A DNA stretch of 55,826 bases from Macrostomum lignano (lineage: Eukaryota), in NCBI GenBank assembly GCA_002269645.1, contig NIVC01004194.1, forward strand, positions 1 to 55,826, given 5' to 3'. Below, piece after piece: positions 27,001 to 38,671 of the stretch; position 1 is the first letter of the stretch, and each line of letters starts with the position of its first letter. Made by a program: the position numbers and the translations under genes. Below the pieces are notes generated by a model. It saw only the letters and a list, made by a program, of their open reading frames with translations, was not told the origin of the DNA and did no database searches.

Positions 27001-30000
27001 TGCTAATCTAGCCAAAATCATGGATAAAGGATTAGAATGGATTGCTAATCTAGCCAAAATCATGGATAAAGGATTAGAATGGATTGCTAATCTAGCCAGC
27101 ATCATGGATGAAGGAATAGAATGGATTGCTAATCTAGACTGCATCATGGATGAAGGATTAGAATGGATTGCTAATCTAGCCAGCATCATGGATGAAGGAT
27201 TAGAATGGATTGCTAATCTAGCCTGCATCATGGATGATGGATTAGAATGGATTGCTAATCTAGCCTGCATCATGGATGATGGATTAGAATGGATTGCTAA
27301 TCTAGCCTGCATCATGGATGAAGGAATAGAATGGATTGCTAATCTATCCTGCATCATGGATGAAGGATTAGAATGGATTGCTAATCTAGCCAGCATCATG
27401 AATGATGGATTAGAATGGATTGCTAATCTAGCCAGCATCATGGATAAAGGATTAGAATGAATTGCTAGTATAATCTACTCGTATTTGTAAGAAAAAATTA
27501 ATTAGAAAACGATAAGAACAAAGAATTTGTATCTGCTTTCACACAGAGTAGCTACATTGAATTTTCATTTCCACTAATTCTCGCCTGCACTTTATAGCGC
27601 TCATGTGGCGCGTGACTTAGGTGAACTAAAAAAACTGCGAAATCTGCGCCCTTTAACTAGGTCAATCTAGTTAGGCCTCCACCGGTATAACTTTGCTCCG
27701 GATCATTAGGCATCGTTATCTCCTCGCAGACACCCCTTCCGCTGTTTATTGGCCCCCTTTCACTTGTTTTCCTACCCCCCCCCCAATGTACATTAGCACT
27801 GTACATTCATTCTACCGTCACCTCACCCCGCCCGCTATCTCTCTGCTTCCATCAGCCGACAGATTTCGCATCCCTGAAAAAGTACATCGTGCCCCCAAGA
27901 GCCAATAAACAGAATACAAAAGCCCGTCTTGCAGCACGACTTGAAGACGGAGGCCTGCATCATTCCCGAGGAGAAGCAGTCAGCAGATGTTGACCTGGGC
28001 ACGCACGAAGTCAAATTCAACTTTCAGGACTTCGATAGTTCCACAGTGAGCCAACGAGAGAGGCTAACCAAAAACTGAATTTCGCTTGACAGCATAATTA
28101 ACACTGCTAAAATAATCGCGTGCTCTAAAACAGCAAACTTTAGTAATAACACCGGTATATACTACTTACTTTAACATATTAGTAGAGAGTAGCGAATTTT
28201 AACTCCTTAAACTAACAGGCTGCAGCGGCAGCTTCAAAACAGTCAGTTCGTCGCGACAGCGGCGTCGGAGTTGGCAGCGGCTCCTGCCGGCCTTCCTCGG
28301 CCGAATCGACCGAGCCTGCTGCCGGCGACAGCAGCTCTTCGGACGACCAGCGGGAGCGGCCGCGGCGGAAGGGGCTGCCAAGCGGCGAGGCCGAGGATGA
28401 GGCGCCCGCTGCTGCTGAACCCGGCGGCAGGCATCGCCCAGCTCTGGTGAGTCGGCACTCGCTGCCGCCGCTGAGCGCTGAGTCCACCATGCTGGCGACC
28501 TTGCAGCAACAGCAGCAACTGCCGCTGAGCACCCTGCCGCCGATCCACCTGCAGCAGCCGCAACTGCAGCAGCAACAGCAGCGCCGTCTCAGCAAGCGAC
28601 CAGTGGAGGTTGCCAATTTTAGCAAAATGCTAATTGCTTAATTTCATGTCTGGCTTGCCAAACTAATTGTAATAAGTGCGCTTCTAACTCTGTGCAATCT
28701 TTACCTGGGGTTGCCATGCAAGTTAAGCAGAGGTTTAACGCAAACTTCACAAACCGACACTTCACCAACCAGACACTTCACCAACCAGACACTTCACCAA
28801 CCAGACACTTCACCAACCAGACACTTCACCAACCAGACACTTCACCAACCAGACACTTCACCAACCAGACACTTCACCAACCAGACACTTCACCAACTAG
28901 ACACTTCACCAACTAGACACTTCACCAACCAGACACTTCACCAACCAGACACTTCACCAACTAGACACTTCACCAACCAGACACTTCACCAACCAGACAC
29001 TTCACCAACCTGACACTTCACCAATCAGACACTTCACCAAACAGACACTTCACCAACCAGACACTTCACCAACCAGACACTTCACCAACCAGACACTTCA
29101 CCAAACAGACACTTCACCAAACAGACACTTCACCAACCAGACACTTCACCAACTAGACACTTCACCAACTAGACACTTCACCAACCAGACACTTCACCAA
29201 CCAGACACTTCACCAACCTGACACTTCACCAAACAGACACTTCACCAACAATGGAGACTGTACGGACCAGAAGTGCACCCCCACACTGCCAGCACTGTAC
29301 ACTGGCTTTCACTATGAACCTTTCAGGCCACGCTAAAAGAAGAAGACTCCACAGGCGCCAACAGCAACGGAGGTGACTGGGCCGTTGCCAATGGAAACGA
29401 CAACACGAAGAAGAAGAAAAAGCCAGGCAGCCAGCAAACCAGCGAAGACGACGATGCCGACGGCAATGGAGAAGGCGAAGGCGAGAACGACGATGATGAT
29501 GACGACGACGCGAGGATTCCGTGCTGCGCCTGCTGCGCCTGCTGCCCGGACATCCGGGGCGCCCCGCCGAAGAAATCGGAGACAATGACGGCTGCCAAGT
29601 GGGCCATCTACGTGCTGAAGTGGATCGTCTTTGTGCTGGCGTTCCCATTTCTGTGCCTCTTCAGCTGGACTGTTCCCGAGTGTTCCAAGGAGCACCTCAA
29701 GTGAGCCGCCCCGCCCGCACTGGCACTCAGGGCTGTAGCGTTTCTGACACCAAGTTTGAGAGCCCTAGCAACCAGTTTAGGGACCCTGGAAACCAGTCAA
29801 GCAAATCTAGCGACCTCATGTTGCAGGCAACCAGTTTAGCGAACTGGACAGCCTGTTTTACCCCCCCCCCCCCGGCAACTATTTTAGCATCCTTGGCAAC
29901 CAGTTTTTATCAGTTTGATGCCCCCGACTATCTCTGACCAGAATTTCACCAACATGCTTTTCTGTGACCAAATTTCAATTCGATTTTTACAAGATTTGAA

Positions 30001-31842
30001 TCCATGTCCTGACAGGAAATTCTTCATAGTCAGTTTCTTGATCTCTGTGCTGTGGATCGCCGCGCTTTCCTTTGGCATGGTCACCGTGGTTGCTCGCTTG
30101 GGCTGCCTGCTGGGCGTCGACACTTTCGTGATGTCGTTGGTTGTGCTGGCAGCGGGAACCAGCGTTCCGGTCAGTTACGGGGTTGCGCGGAGTGACAGGG
30201 TGGAGTGATTATGTAGAGTGACGGGATAGTCAAGAGGGACGGGGTGGAGTGACAGTTAGTCCATAGTGACAGGATAGAGTGACAGTAGTCCAGAGTGACG
30301 GGGTGGAGTGACAGTTAGTCCAGAGTGACAGGATAGAGTGACAGCAGTCCAGAGTGACGGGGTGGAGTGACAGTAGTCCAGAGTGACAGGATAGAGTGAC
30401 AGCAGTCCAGAGTGACGGGGTGGAGTGACAGTAGTCCAGAGTGACGGGGTGGAGTGACAGCAGTCCAGATTGACGGGGTGGAGTGACAGTTAGTCCAGAG
30501 TGACAGGATAAAGTGACAGCAGTCCAGAGTGACGGGAGGTAGTGACAGTTAGTCCAGAGTGACAGGATAGAGTGACAGCAGTCCAGAGTGACGGGGTGGA
30601 GTGACAGCAGTCCAGAGTGACGGGAGGTAGTGACAGTTAGTCCAGAGTGACAGGATAGAGTGACAGTAGTCCAGAGTGACAGGATAGAGTGACAGTAGTC
30701 CAGAGTGACAGGATAGAGTGACAGTAGTCCAGAGTGACAGGATAGAGTGACAGTAGTCCAGAGTGACAGGATAGAGTGACAGTAGTCCAGAGTGACAGGA
30801 TAGAGTGACAGTAGTCCAGAGTGACGGAGTGGAGTGAAGGTGTATACAATAGCAAGCAGGAAGCGGATCTACCCCGTTCCTCTCCCAGGACCTGCTCAGC
30901 TCCATCATCGTGGCCCGAGACGGATTCGGCGACATGGCCGTGTCGAACGCTATCGGGTCCAACGTTTTCGACATCAACATGGGCCTCGGCCTGCCCTTCT
31001 TTATCCGGCTGTGTATCAACAAAATTGAGCCGCTGGACATGTTCAGCGATGACGAGAGGGTGAGCGGAGTTTGACTCTTAAGTGGGTAGGAGAGCACCGG
31101 AATTAAAACAGCGAGAGAAAAAACTCCGGAAGGGAAGCACAGGGAAGGATAAAGTATGGAGGAAACTTAAGAAACTTAAGATCTACACAGAGGGAGGAAA
31201 ACGCCAAATAAACATATCAGTAAAAAAGCTTAGAAAATACGCTAGGGGGTAACACCAGAAAAATAAATACCCGAATTACACCGGAAAGGAAACACCGCGG
31301 GAGGATAACACCGGAAAGGATAACACCGGGAGGATAGAAATGGAAAGGAAACACCGGGAGGATAACACCCCAAACAAAACACCGGGAGAATAACACTGGA
31401 AAGGAAACACCGGGAGGATAACACCCCAAACAAAACACCGGGAGAATAACACCGGAAAGGAAACACTGGAAACGAAACACCGGGAGGATAACTCCGGAAA
31501 GGAAACACCGGGAGTATAACACCGGAAAGGAAGCACCGGGAGGATAGCACCGGAAAGGAAACACGAGAGCTAGGATACGAGACACCGAAAAGAGCTTAGC
31601 AGAGGCCAAACTTCCCCAAATCGCCCGAATTGCAGAGAAGCTACTGCGAAGGTCACATGAACTTCATTCCGCATGTGAAGTTCGGCGTGATCCTGATCAT
31701 CCTGCTCGTGCTCGCGTTCACCGTGATCAGCATTGCCAAGTTCCGACTGGGCAAGATAATCGGTGTCTCATTCTTCTGCACCTACGTAGCATTCCTGGTG
31801 TACGCCTTCTGCCAGGAGTTCCTCTGCGAATACAACTGCTGA
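16694..31842 (+). CDS. SLC24A: K+-dependent Na+/Ca2+ exchanger (NCKX, SLC24 family), complete 13-exon gene
   Basis: Exons 16694-16841, 17645-17962, 19730-19913, 20459-20516, 24313-24527, 26096-26168, 26528 (or 26501)-26671, 27935-28045, 28219-28446, 29327-29700, 30016-30169, 30889-31059, 31636-31842. All junctions are GT-AG and phase-consistent. Alpha-1 repeat: [38 protein letters not shown]...GSAVFN. Alpha-2 repeat: [37 protein letters not shown], whose PD Asp is the residue linked to K+ dependence in NCKX2. Confidence 0.95.
17940..18392 (+). repeat. 48-50 bp tandem repeat that copies the NCKX exon-2 end and its splice donor (9 copies including the real one)
   Basis: Unit TGCACTATCATGATCTTCATCG|GTGAGTGAGGTACATATCAGTGTGTG; donor GT at 17963, 18033, 18081, 18129, 18179, 18229, 18279, 18329, 18377. 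Confidence 0.93.
19606..19700. repeat. 12-bp tandem repeat (GGTGCAGTCACA)
   Basis: About 8 units just upstream of the NCKX exon-3 acceptor. Confidence 0.9.
19925..20360. repeat. 22-bp minisatellite (TCTACTCTCCCCGTCTCCCTTA), degenerating toward the 3' end
   Basis: Starts ~10 bp after the NCKX exon-3 donor. Confidence 0.9.
20735..23662 (+). mobile_element. Crypton-type (tyrosine recombinase) DNA transposon in NCKX intron 4
   Basis: Contains a YR ORF (21931-23349). Imperfect terminal inverted repeats GTTATGGGTTAGGCT (20735-20749) and AGCCTACCCATAAC (23649-23662). Also a 104-bp internal hairpin and 26-bp motifs ending in TCTATGGTTGAA in both orientations. No TSD seen. Boundaries inferred. Confidence 0.75.
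21931..23349 (+). pseudogene. Tyrosine recombinase (CryptonA / DUF3504 / KCTD1-like), 472 codons, one in-frame TGA at 22696-22698
   Basis: ORFs 21931-22698 and 22708-23349 are in the same frame. Catalytic R (GFRGRE), H-x-x-R (TNHCIRAS), TGH and Y (VEHY) are all present. Also present: ST..T....[19 protein letters not shown].....YL and WY....LGK..L..FM, typical of DUF3504/KCTD1-type YRs. Confidence 0.88.
23800..24268. repeat. 39-bp minisatellite (TCCATCTAGACATCCCAAATTACACTAAATATCCCCAAT)
   Basis: About 12 units ending ~45 bp before the NCKX exon-5 acceptor. Confidence 0.95.
24668..25566. repeat. 23-bp minisatellite (CCTCTAATACCTAAGCGACTGAT)
   Basis: About 39 units in NCKX intron 5. Confidence 0.95.
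26161..26345 (+). repeat. 34-bp tandem repeat that copies the NCKX exon-6 splice donor
   Basis: Unit GACGGCGG|GTGAGACTGCATGGCGGGGAGGGGAA starting at 26161, 26195, 26229, 26263, 26297 and 26330. Confidence 0.9.
26733..27460. repeat. 42-bp minisatellite (GAAGGATTAGAATGGATTGCTAATCTAGCCTGCATCATGGAT), ~17 units
   Basis: Direct reading; lies in NCKX intron 7; shares 28/29 nt with 20778-20806. Confidence 0.95.
28755..29248. repeat. 16-bp minisatellite (GACACTTCACCAACCA)
   Basis: About 30 units in NCKX intron 9. Confidence 0.95.
30190..30835. repeat. ~29-bp minisatellite (GACAGTAGTCCAGAGTGACAGGATAGAGT)
   Basis: Fills almost all of NCKX intron 11. Confidence 0.93.
31250..31565. repeat. Imperfect minisatellite (ACACCGGGAGGATAACACCGGAAAGGAA-type)
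   Basis: Direct reading; lies in NCKX intron 12. Confidence 0.85.
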
Positions 31843-33074
31843 GAGACAGGCGCACCGGGCGCCAATTCAAATGAATCAAGTGCCTGCGCATGTCTGCTGC
31901 CCAGAATTTTACCTGGATTAAGTAAAGTACATCTGTAGTTTAAGCTTCTATAAGACAATTTCTAACCACAGATACTAGAATAACTAGATGGGCCACTTAG
32001 CAAATTAGCGTGCGAGCTACTTTCAGTTCAGTAGTAAGTTAAACAGAAGCATTTTAATGTATTTTTAAGACAATTAGGCTTATTTATTGGCTCCCCAAGC
32101 TTAAATCCTCGAACTCCACACCGAACCGACTAGTTTAGCTAGCTGTTCCAGTCTAAAATCTGCCATGTACGTTTCGGCGGCCAATGTACATTATTGCTGA
32201 ACTAATTAGCAAGCTGTTTACGCCTGCAAGCTTGGGTTGCTTAACTTATCAAAGTCATTTCAGCCGCGTTTATTTTTATAAAATAGCTTATGTATTCTTC
32301 TTTGCTACTGAACTTAAAGTAGAAAGCTGTTTTACTAAGTATGCCTGAGTGGCCCATCTGGTTATTTTAGTATCTGTGTTGCTAACAAGGGCTAATAGAA
32401 GCCCTTGATACCAGAATATTCCAATCTCTATGCAGCTGTGTAGCCAGCCCACTAACTCGCACAGACAGACAACTCGAGGCAAAGAAGTTGCTCGTCTCTC
32501 CCTTTACTAGAACAGACTGCATCTGCTTCAATCAGTTTTCGAGCTTCAATTTTCTGTGTTTGATAGTTTTATTTTTGAATATTCCCTTCTCTCGCCTAAA
32601 GTGCATCTCATATTGCTGTGCTTTTCAATACCCGTAGCAGCTAAGCCCAGTGACGCAAGTCGAAATAAACTAGCAAAACCACAACACCAATAAAAGTTGT
32701 CGTAGATTTTCGGCACAGTTACAGACACTTTAATCTCAAACACAGGGTGTGTATTTTCAAATGATTTTTGATACAAAGATGAAAAGCAAAATTTCATTAA
32801 CAAATTGATAAACGATTAAAACAAACTCGGTGTCAGGTAATATTATCTACTTTATACATGCAGACGAAATTTGCTATTTATACTTGCGTTAGTAGCATAA
32901 TGCGGGCATGAATTTTTAACAACGGACATAAGCAATGCCGAACATGTAGCCTTGCCGATCAAAACAATTCTGTAACCATGGCAACACGCGGCTTAAGACT
33001 TAAAAATTAAAACTATTAAAAAAGAAGTGAAGGTAAATTCAAGGATCTCTGGTTAAGGAGTTCTTGACAGACTG

Positions 33075-33725
33075 AAGGATCGGCGAATCAGCTGTGGGAC
33101 AGCCTGAAGGATCGGCGAATCAGGTGTGGGACAGCCTGAAGGATCAGGTGTGGGTGGGGTGAGGGACAGCCTGAAGGATCAGGTGTAGGTGGGGTGTGGG
33201 ACAGCCTGAAGGATCAGGTGTGGGTGGGGTGAGGGACAGCCTGAAAGATCAGGTGTGGGTGGGGTGAGGGACAGCCTGAAGGATCAGGTGTGGGTGGGGT
33301 GAGGGACAGCCTGAAGGATCAGGTGTGGGTGGGGTGAGGGACAGCCTGAAGGATCAGGTGTGGGTGGGGTGTGGGACAGCCTGAAAGATCAGGTGTGGGT
33401 GGGGTGAGGGACAGCCTGAAGGATCAGGTGTGGGTGGGGTGTGGGACAGCCTGAAGGATCAGGTGTGGGTGGGGTGAGGGACAGCCTGAAGGATCAGGTG
33501 TGGGACAGCCTGAAGGATCAGGTGTGGGTGGGATGTGGGACAGCCTGAAGGATCAGGTGTGAGTGGGGTGTGGGACAGCCTGAAGGATCAGGTGTGGGTG
33601 GGGTGAGGGACAGCCTGAAGGATCAGGTGTGGGTGGGGTGAGGGACAGCCTGAAGGATCAGGTGTGGGTGGGGTGAGGGACAGCCTGAAGGATCAGGTGT
33701 GGGTGGGGTGTGGGACAGCGTGAAG
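33075..33725. repeat. 35-bp minisatellite (CAGCCTGAAGGATCAGGTGTGGGTGGGGTGAGGGA)
   Basis: About 18 units ending ~50 bp from the MIER-like stop codon. Confidence 0.95.
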
Positions 33726-33774
33726 GCATCTCACTGTACACTCAGCAACAAAAAAAGTACAGATCACAGGACAA

Positions 33775-34987
33775 CTAATTGCGGGCCGCGTACTGCTGGG
33801 TCAGGTGATGCGGCGGTGAGGAAGCTAGAAGAGAATGCGGCCTGGGAGCTGATGTTGCCGCTGCAGCAGCCGCCGTGGCCTGCTGCCGCTGCTGCTGTCC
33901 GTGACCGCCGCCGCCGCCCGCCCGGCAGAGGCTCCGGAAACGGCTGGCAAAAGCGTCGTGCCTGGCGGTTTTCTTCCACAGGTAGTAGAAATGCACCAGC
34001 TGGCCAACCGGCCGGCAGCGCAGCCGCTCCGACTGCACCAGCCAGAAATTCTTGCCGTAGTGCAGCAGGCCGTTCTCGAACGCGTCAACATCGTCCGATG
34101 GCCACATGGCCAGCACGTCCGGGCACGGCAGGTCCGGCCGGACGCGGGCCCGCATGAGGGCCTCGGTGGCCGAGTAGCCGCAGGCCTGCAGCTCGAACAG
34201 CCAGCGCTCGCTGTCCGGGATGGCCCGGCCGGCCGGAAGCTGACGCCCGGCTGCGCTCGGCGAAGGTAATCAACAACGTCGGGTTCTGGCAGGCGGCCGG
34301 GGTCCCACAGGAGGACGGCGCGGCTGTCCACCGGCTGCGGCTCCGCGGCCTGCCTGGCGCTCGGCGCTGGCAAATCGGCAGCCTGGAATTCGGCGCCCAC
34401 GCGCGGCTCCCGACGCCAGGCAACGCCGCCGCCAGATGCTGCCGGCGTTGTCAAGGGCGACGACGGGGCGGCTGCGCCTTGGCGACGCTGACCGGCTTCG
34501 TCTGCTGCTTCCTCATCCTCCTCTTCCTCATCCTCAGCATCTTCGATTTCATCTTCGTCTTCGCCATCAGCCCCCCCGCCCAGGCCGTTCCCGGCCTCGT
34601 TCGAACTGCCGTCCTCCTCCTCATCTCCCTCCTCCCCGCCGCCGCTCTCTTCCCCATCCTCGTCTTCTCCGTAGGCGGCGGCCTCGGCGTCCACCACCAG
34701 CTCGCCCTCCTCCTCTTCGTCGCTGACGTCTTCGTCCTGCGCGCTGGCGTCGCTGACAACCTCGTCCATCAGCTCGCCGCCGCCGCCGTCCTCCTCGGCG
34801 CCGCTGTTCTGCTCGCTGTCCTCGCGTACCGCCGGCTCGGCGGCTGTAGCTGCACCAGAGGCCGCTGCGGCTTGGCGGCGCTGGCGCGGCCTCAGCTGAT
34901 GCTCGCCGGCGGGGCTGGTTGGGCTTGGCGACGTGGAGACTGGCTGGAATGGCGGGGATGAGGCGCTGCTGGAAACTGGAGCCTGAA
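33775..34987 (-). CDS. MIER: MIER-family ELM2-SANT (Myb-like) corepressor; large terminal exon with one frameshift (~34228-34236); first exon not located
   Basis: Acceptor CACAG at 34988-34989. The exon encodes a Pro/Ser region, an acidic tract ([21 protein letters not shown]...), ELM2 ([15 protein letters not shown]...[17 protein letters not shown]) and, after a frame change, [22 protein letters not shown]...[52 protein letters not shown]. The last part is collinear with the MIER1 SANT domain (WTEEEC..FE.GL..YGKDF.LIQ...V..R.VGE.V.FYY.WKKS.RYD.F). Confidence 0.85.
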
Positions 34988-35002
34988 CTGTGAATGTGCC
35001 AC

Positions 35003-35457
35003 TTCTGGCCTCTCTGATCCTCCTGGCCTCCCTGATCCTCCTGGCCTCCCTGATCCCTTTGGCCTCCCTGACCCCCCTGGCCTCCCTGATCCCTCTGGCC
35101 TCCCTGATCCCCCTGGCCTCCCTGATCCTCCTGGCCTCCCTGATCCCCCTGGCCTCCCTGATCCCCCTGGCCTCCCTGATCCCCCTGGCCTCCCTGATCC
35201 CCCTGGCCTCCCTGACCCCCCTGGCCTCCCTGATCCCTTTGGCCTCCCTGACCCCCCTGGCCTCCCTGATCCCTCTGGCCTCCCTGATCCCTCTGGCCTC
35301 CCTGATCCCCTGGCCTCCCTGATCCCCCCTGGCCTCCCTGATTCCCCTGGCCTCCCTGACCCCCCTGGCCTCCCTGATCCCTCTGGCCTCCCTGATCCCT
35401 CTGGCCTCCCTGATCCCTCTGGCCTCCCTGATCCCCCTGGCCTCCCTGATCCCCCTG
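35003..35457. repeat. 18-bp minisatellite (CTGGCCTCCCTGATCCCC)
   Basis: About 25 units abutting the MIER acceptor region. Confidence 0.95.
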
Positions 35458-35479
35458 ACATAACTGATGCCCTAGTCTC

Positions 35480-35623
35480 AGATACATACAGACACACAGA
35501 CAGACAGACAGACAGACAGAGAGACAGACATACAGACAGACATACAGACAGACAGACAGACACACAGACAGACAGACACACAGACAGACAGACAGACACA
35601 CAGACAGACACAGACAGACTGGC

Positions 35624-35660
<37 letters not shown>

Positions 35661-35817
35661 TACAGACAGACAGACAGACATACAGACACACAGACAGACA
35701 CACAGACAGACAGACAGACAGACACACAGACAGACAGACAGACAGACAGACACACAGACAGACAGACAGACACACAGACAGACAGACAGACACACAGACA
35801 GACACAGACAGACTGGC

Positions 35818-35869
<52 letters not shown>

Positions 35870-36008
35870 TGACAGACAGACAGACATACAGACACACAGA
35901 CAGACAGACAGACAGACACACAGACAGACAGACACACAGACAGACACACAGACAGACAGACAGACAGATAGACAGACAGACACACAGACAGACAGACAGA
36001 CAGACAGA
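35480..36008. repeat. (GACA)n microsatellite, imperfect
   Basis: Direct reading. Confidence 0.95.
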
Positions 36009-36609
36009 CCCTGGCCTCCTAGATTCCTCAGTGGGTCAGTACTAAGATTTAAGAGATATGAAACCTAAAAATCAGTTAAAAAATACAAATTTAACATTCG
36101 AAACCTGGAGAACAAGATTTACAATTTCAAACAGTTAAAGACAGTCAAGTCAGTAGAGGAAATTTTAAAAATGCTTAAGCAAATTGAACTGTTTTAGATG
36201 GCACACAAACTTTAATTTGAAGCTAAAAGCAGAAGCAGATTCAATTTTCAAGCAATTCTCTTACACCAAATTAGTTGAAACTGCAACTTTTTAACTGAAA
36301 TATAAAACTCGCTAAGCTCAATAATTATATTTTTATTGTACAAGCTGTTGAAACCCGCGGATTTTGAACCCGGGGAATTTCAATCCCTGGAACTATTTTT
36401 GCATGTACTCGTATTCTAAAATCTGAGGTCAAACTCAAACAAAAACTCGTTAATAGTTAGGTTAGAATTAAACATAAAATAGAGTACATTCGTAAAAAAT
36501 TAGGATTTGAGGCAAACATTTATATTGTTGGCTGGGGTGCTCCGAACAGGCAAACTCTGGCCTTTGCCTCTCCTTATGTCCCTTGGATCCTTAGAAACTT
36601 CGACCTTCT

Positions 36610-38035
36610 CTTCTGTTTCCTCTCCTCTCTCTCGTCTCTGTCTCTTCTCTCTCTCTCTCCTCTATCCCCTATTCTCTCGTCTATTCTCTCTCCCTTCTAT
36701 TCTTTTATCCCTCCTCTCCTCCCTCCTCTCTACTCTCTCCTCTCTCTCCTCTCATCTCATCTCTTCTTTCCTCTCTCCTCTCTCCTCTCTTCTATCGTCT
36801 CTTCCCTCACCTCTCTTCTCTCTCGTCTTTGCTCTCTTATCTATCTCTTCTTTCTCCTCTTTTATCTTTTCTCTCTTCTCTTTTCTCATTCTTTCTGCAT
36901 GTTCTCTCCTCTCTCTTTCCCTCTCTCTCTCTCCTCTCTCTCCCTCTCTCTCTCCTCTCTCTCCCTCTCTCTCTGCTCTTATCTCTCTGCTCTCTCCTGT
37001 CCCATATCTCTTTCTCCTCTAATCTCTCCCCTGTTTCATCTCCTCTCTCGTCCTTTCTCCTCTTTCCCCTGTCCTCTCGTTTCTCTCCCCTCCCCTCCTC
37101 TCTCCTCACTCACTTCTCTCTCCCTTTGTCTTACCTCTCATCTCTTATTTCTATCCTTTTTTCTCTCCACTCTCCCATCTCTCGTCTGTTCACTCTCGTC
37201 TCTGGTCTCTCATCTCCCCTCTCTCATCTGCCATCTTTACTCTCTTATACTCGTATGTTTTCTCACCTCTCTCATCTGTACTCTTCTTTTTCCCCTCTTT
37301 TGACTCCTCTCTTTCCTTTCTCCTTTTTCCCTTCTCTTCTCTTCCCTCTTCTATTCTCTCCCTCTCTTGTCTTCTCTCTTCTCTCTTCGCTCTCCTCTCT
37401 CCTCTCATATATCGCGTTCACTCTCATCTTTGCTCTCTACCCCCTCTCTCTTCTGTCATCTTTACTCTCCACTCTCCTGTGTACTCTTCTCTTTCCCCTC
37501 TACTGAATCCTCTCTTCTTACTCCTCTTCTCTTCCCTCTTCTATACTCTTCTATTGTCTCTTTGCACTCTGCTCTCTCTTCCTTCATCTCTCATCTCTAC
37601 TCTCTCGTCTCCACAATCTCATCTCTTTCCTCTCTCCTCTTCTTCCCTTTACTCTATCATCTCTCCTTTCTCCTCTCTTCTTTCTCAACTCTCTCTCTCT
37701 CTCATCTCTTATCTCCTCTCTTCTCACTCCTCTCTCCCTCTCTCTCCCCTCCTATCTCCTCTCTGTTCTCTATTCTCTATTCTCTTCTCACTCTTCTCTA
37801 CTCTCCTCTCTCATCGATCCTCTGTCTCATCTCTCCCCTCTTGTCTCTTCCTCTTCTCACCTCTACTCTTTCCTCTCCCTCCTGTCTCCCCTCCTCTCGC
37901 TTCCTCCTCCCATATTCTCTGCTCTCTCCTCGTCCTCACCCCACTCGTCTTTCCTGTTATCTTATATCTTTTCTCTTACCCCCTCTCGCCCTTCCTCTCT
38001 TTCTAATAGTCTATTCCTTTTCTTTTTCACTCTCA
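36610..38035. repeat. Long polypyrimidine (CT-rich) low-complexity tract
   Basis: About 1.4 kb, almost entirely C/T on the + strand. Confidence 0.93.
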
Positions 38036-38671
38036 TCTGGCCCGCAGCCATGAGTTGGATTCTTTATCTGGCCTTTGAGTTAAAAATCTACCGATCCCTG
38101 CTTTGAAAGCCAGTTTGTGGGACGTAGTACTATCATGGTTATCATTTCTTATGCTTTAATCACGTCACCTTTCTGGCCAATTAGCAGCCCTGAGAGGAAT
38201 TTGTGTATCTCTCAAATTTGTGTATCTCTCAACAGCTCCACCACCACAGTCTGCACTCTGCAGCAGTCTAACAACCAAGGAAATGCGCATTTCTTAGGAG
38301 TCATTTAAATTTTAAAGTTACTCTATGCGAAACTTAATGCTAAAAGCTTCATGGTGTAACTAATTTAGTAGGATTGCATTGTAATAAGTTATTCATTAAT
38401 TTTTCGCTATTTTTACAAACCATCCCGCATCGCCTTGATTTGCCTGTTTGCCATCCACTGTTAAACTGCTGCAGAGTTTGCCAATACAGAGGGAGGGCAG
38501 TGGTTAGAATTTCTCACTAAACTGTTATGGCTAAACGTAGCCTCTCCACTCTCGGGGTGCAGAGAAGGTTATAAATAAAGCTATTCCAAAACACTGTACA
38601 TTCGCTATGTACATTGAGCCCTATCGCCTGACCCTTCGTCTGGACTGCGGGAATGAGTGAGTTGAGCGCCA

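Noticed and set aside
26501-27460. 319-aa ORF with [14 protein letters not shown] repeats
   Set aside because: Only the start is NCKX exon 7. The rest lies past a canonical GTGAGG donor and is a 42-bp intronic minisatellite.
29728-29915. Short CAGGGCTGT...ACAGCCTG inverted repeat with repeated CAACCAGTTT
   Set aside because: Arms too short (8-9 bp) and no TSD; cannot be called a MITE without copy-number data.
23800-33725. Regular repeats as a possible CRISPR array
   Set aside because: Units are head-to-tail with no unique spacers, there are no cas genes, and the context is eukaryotic and spliced.
34621-35985. Collagen-like GDQGGQ / GRPGGS ORFs
   Set aside because: 18-bp repeat plus (GACA)n, upstream of the MIER acceptor; open in several frames.
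36507-38053. Leu/Ser-rich ORFs resembling membrane proteins
   Set aside because: Translation of a CT low-complexity tract.
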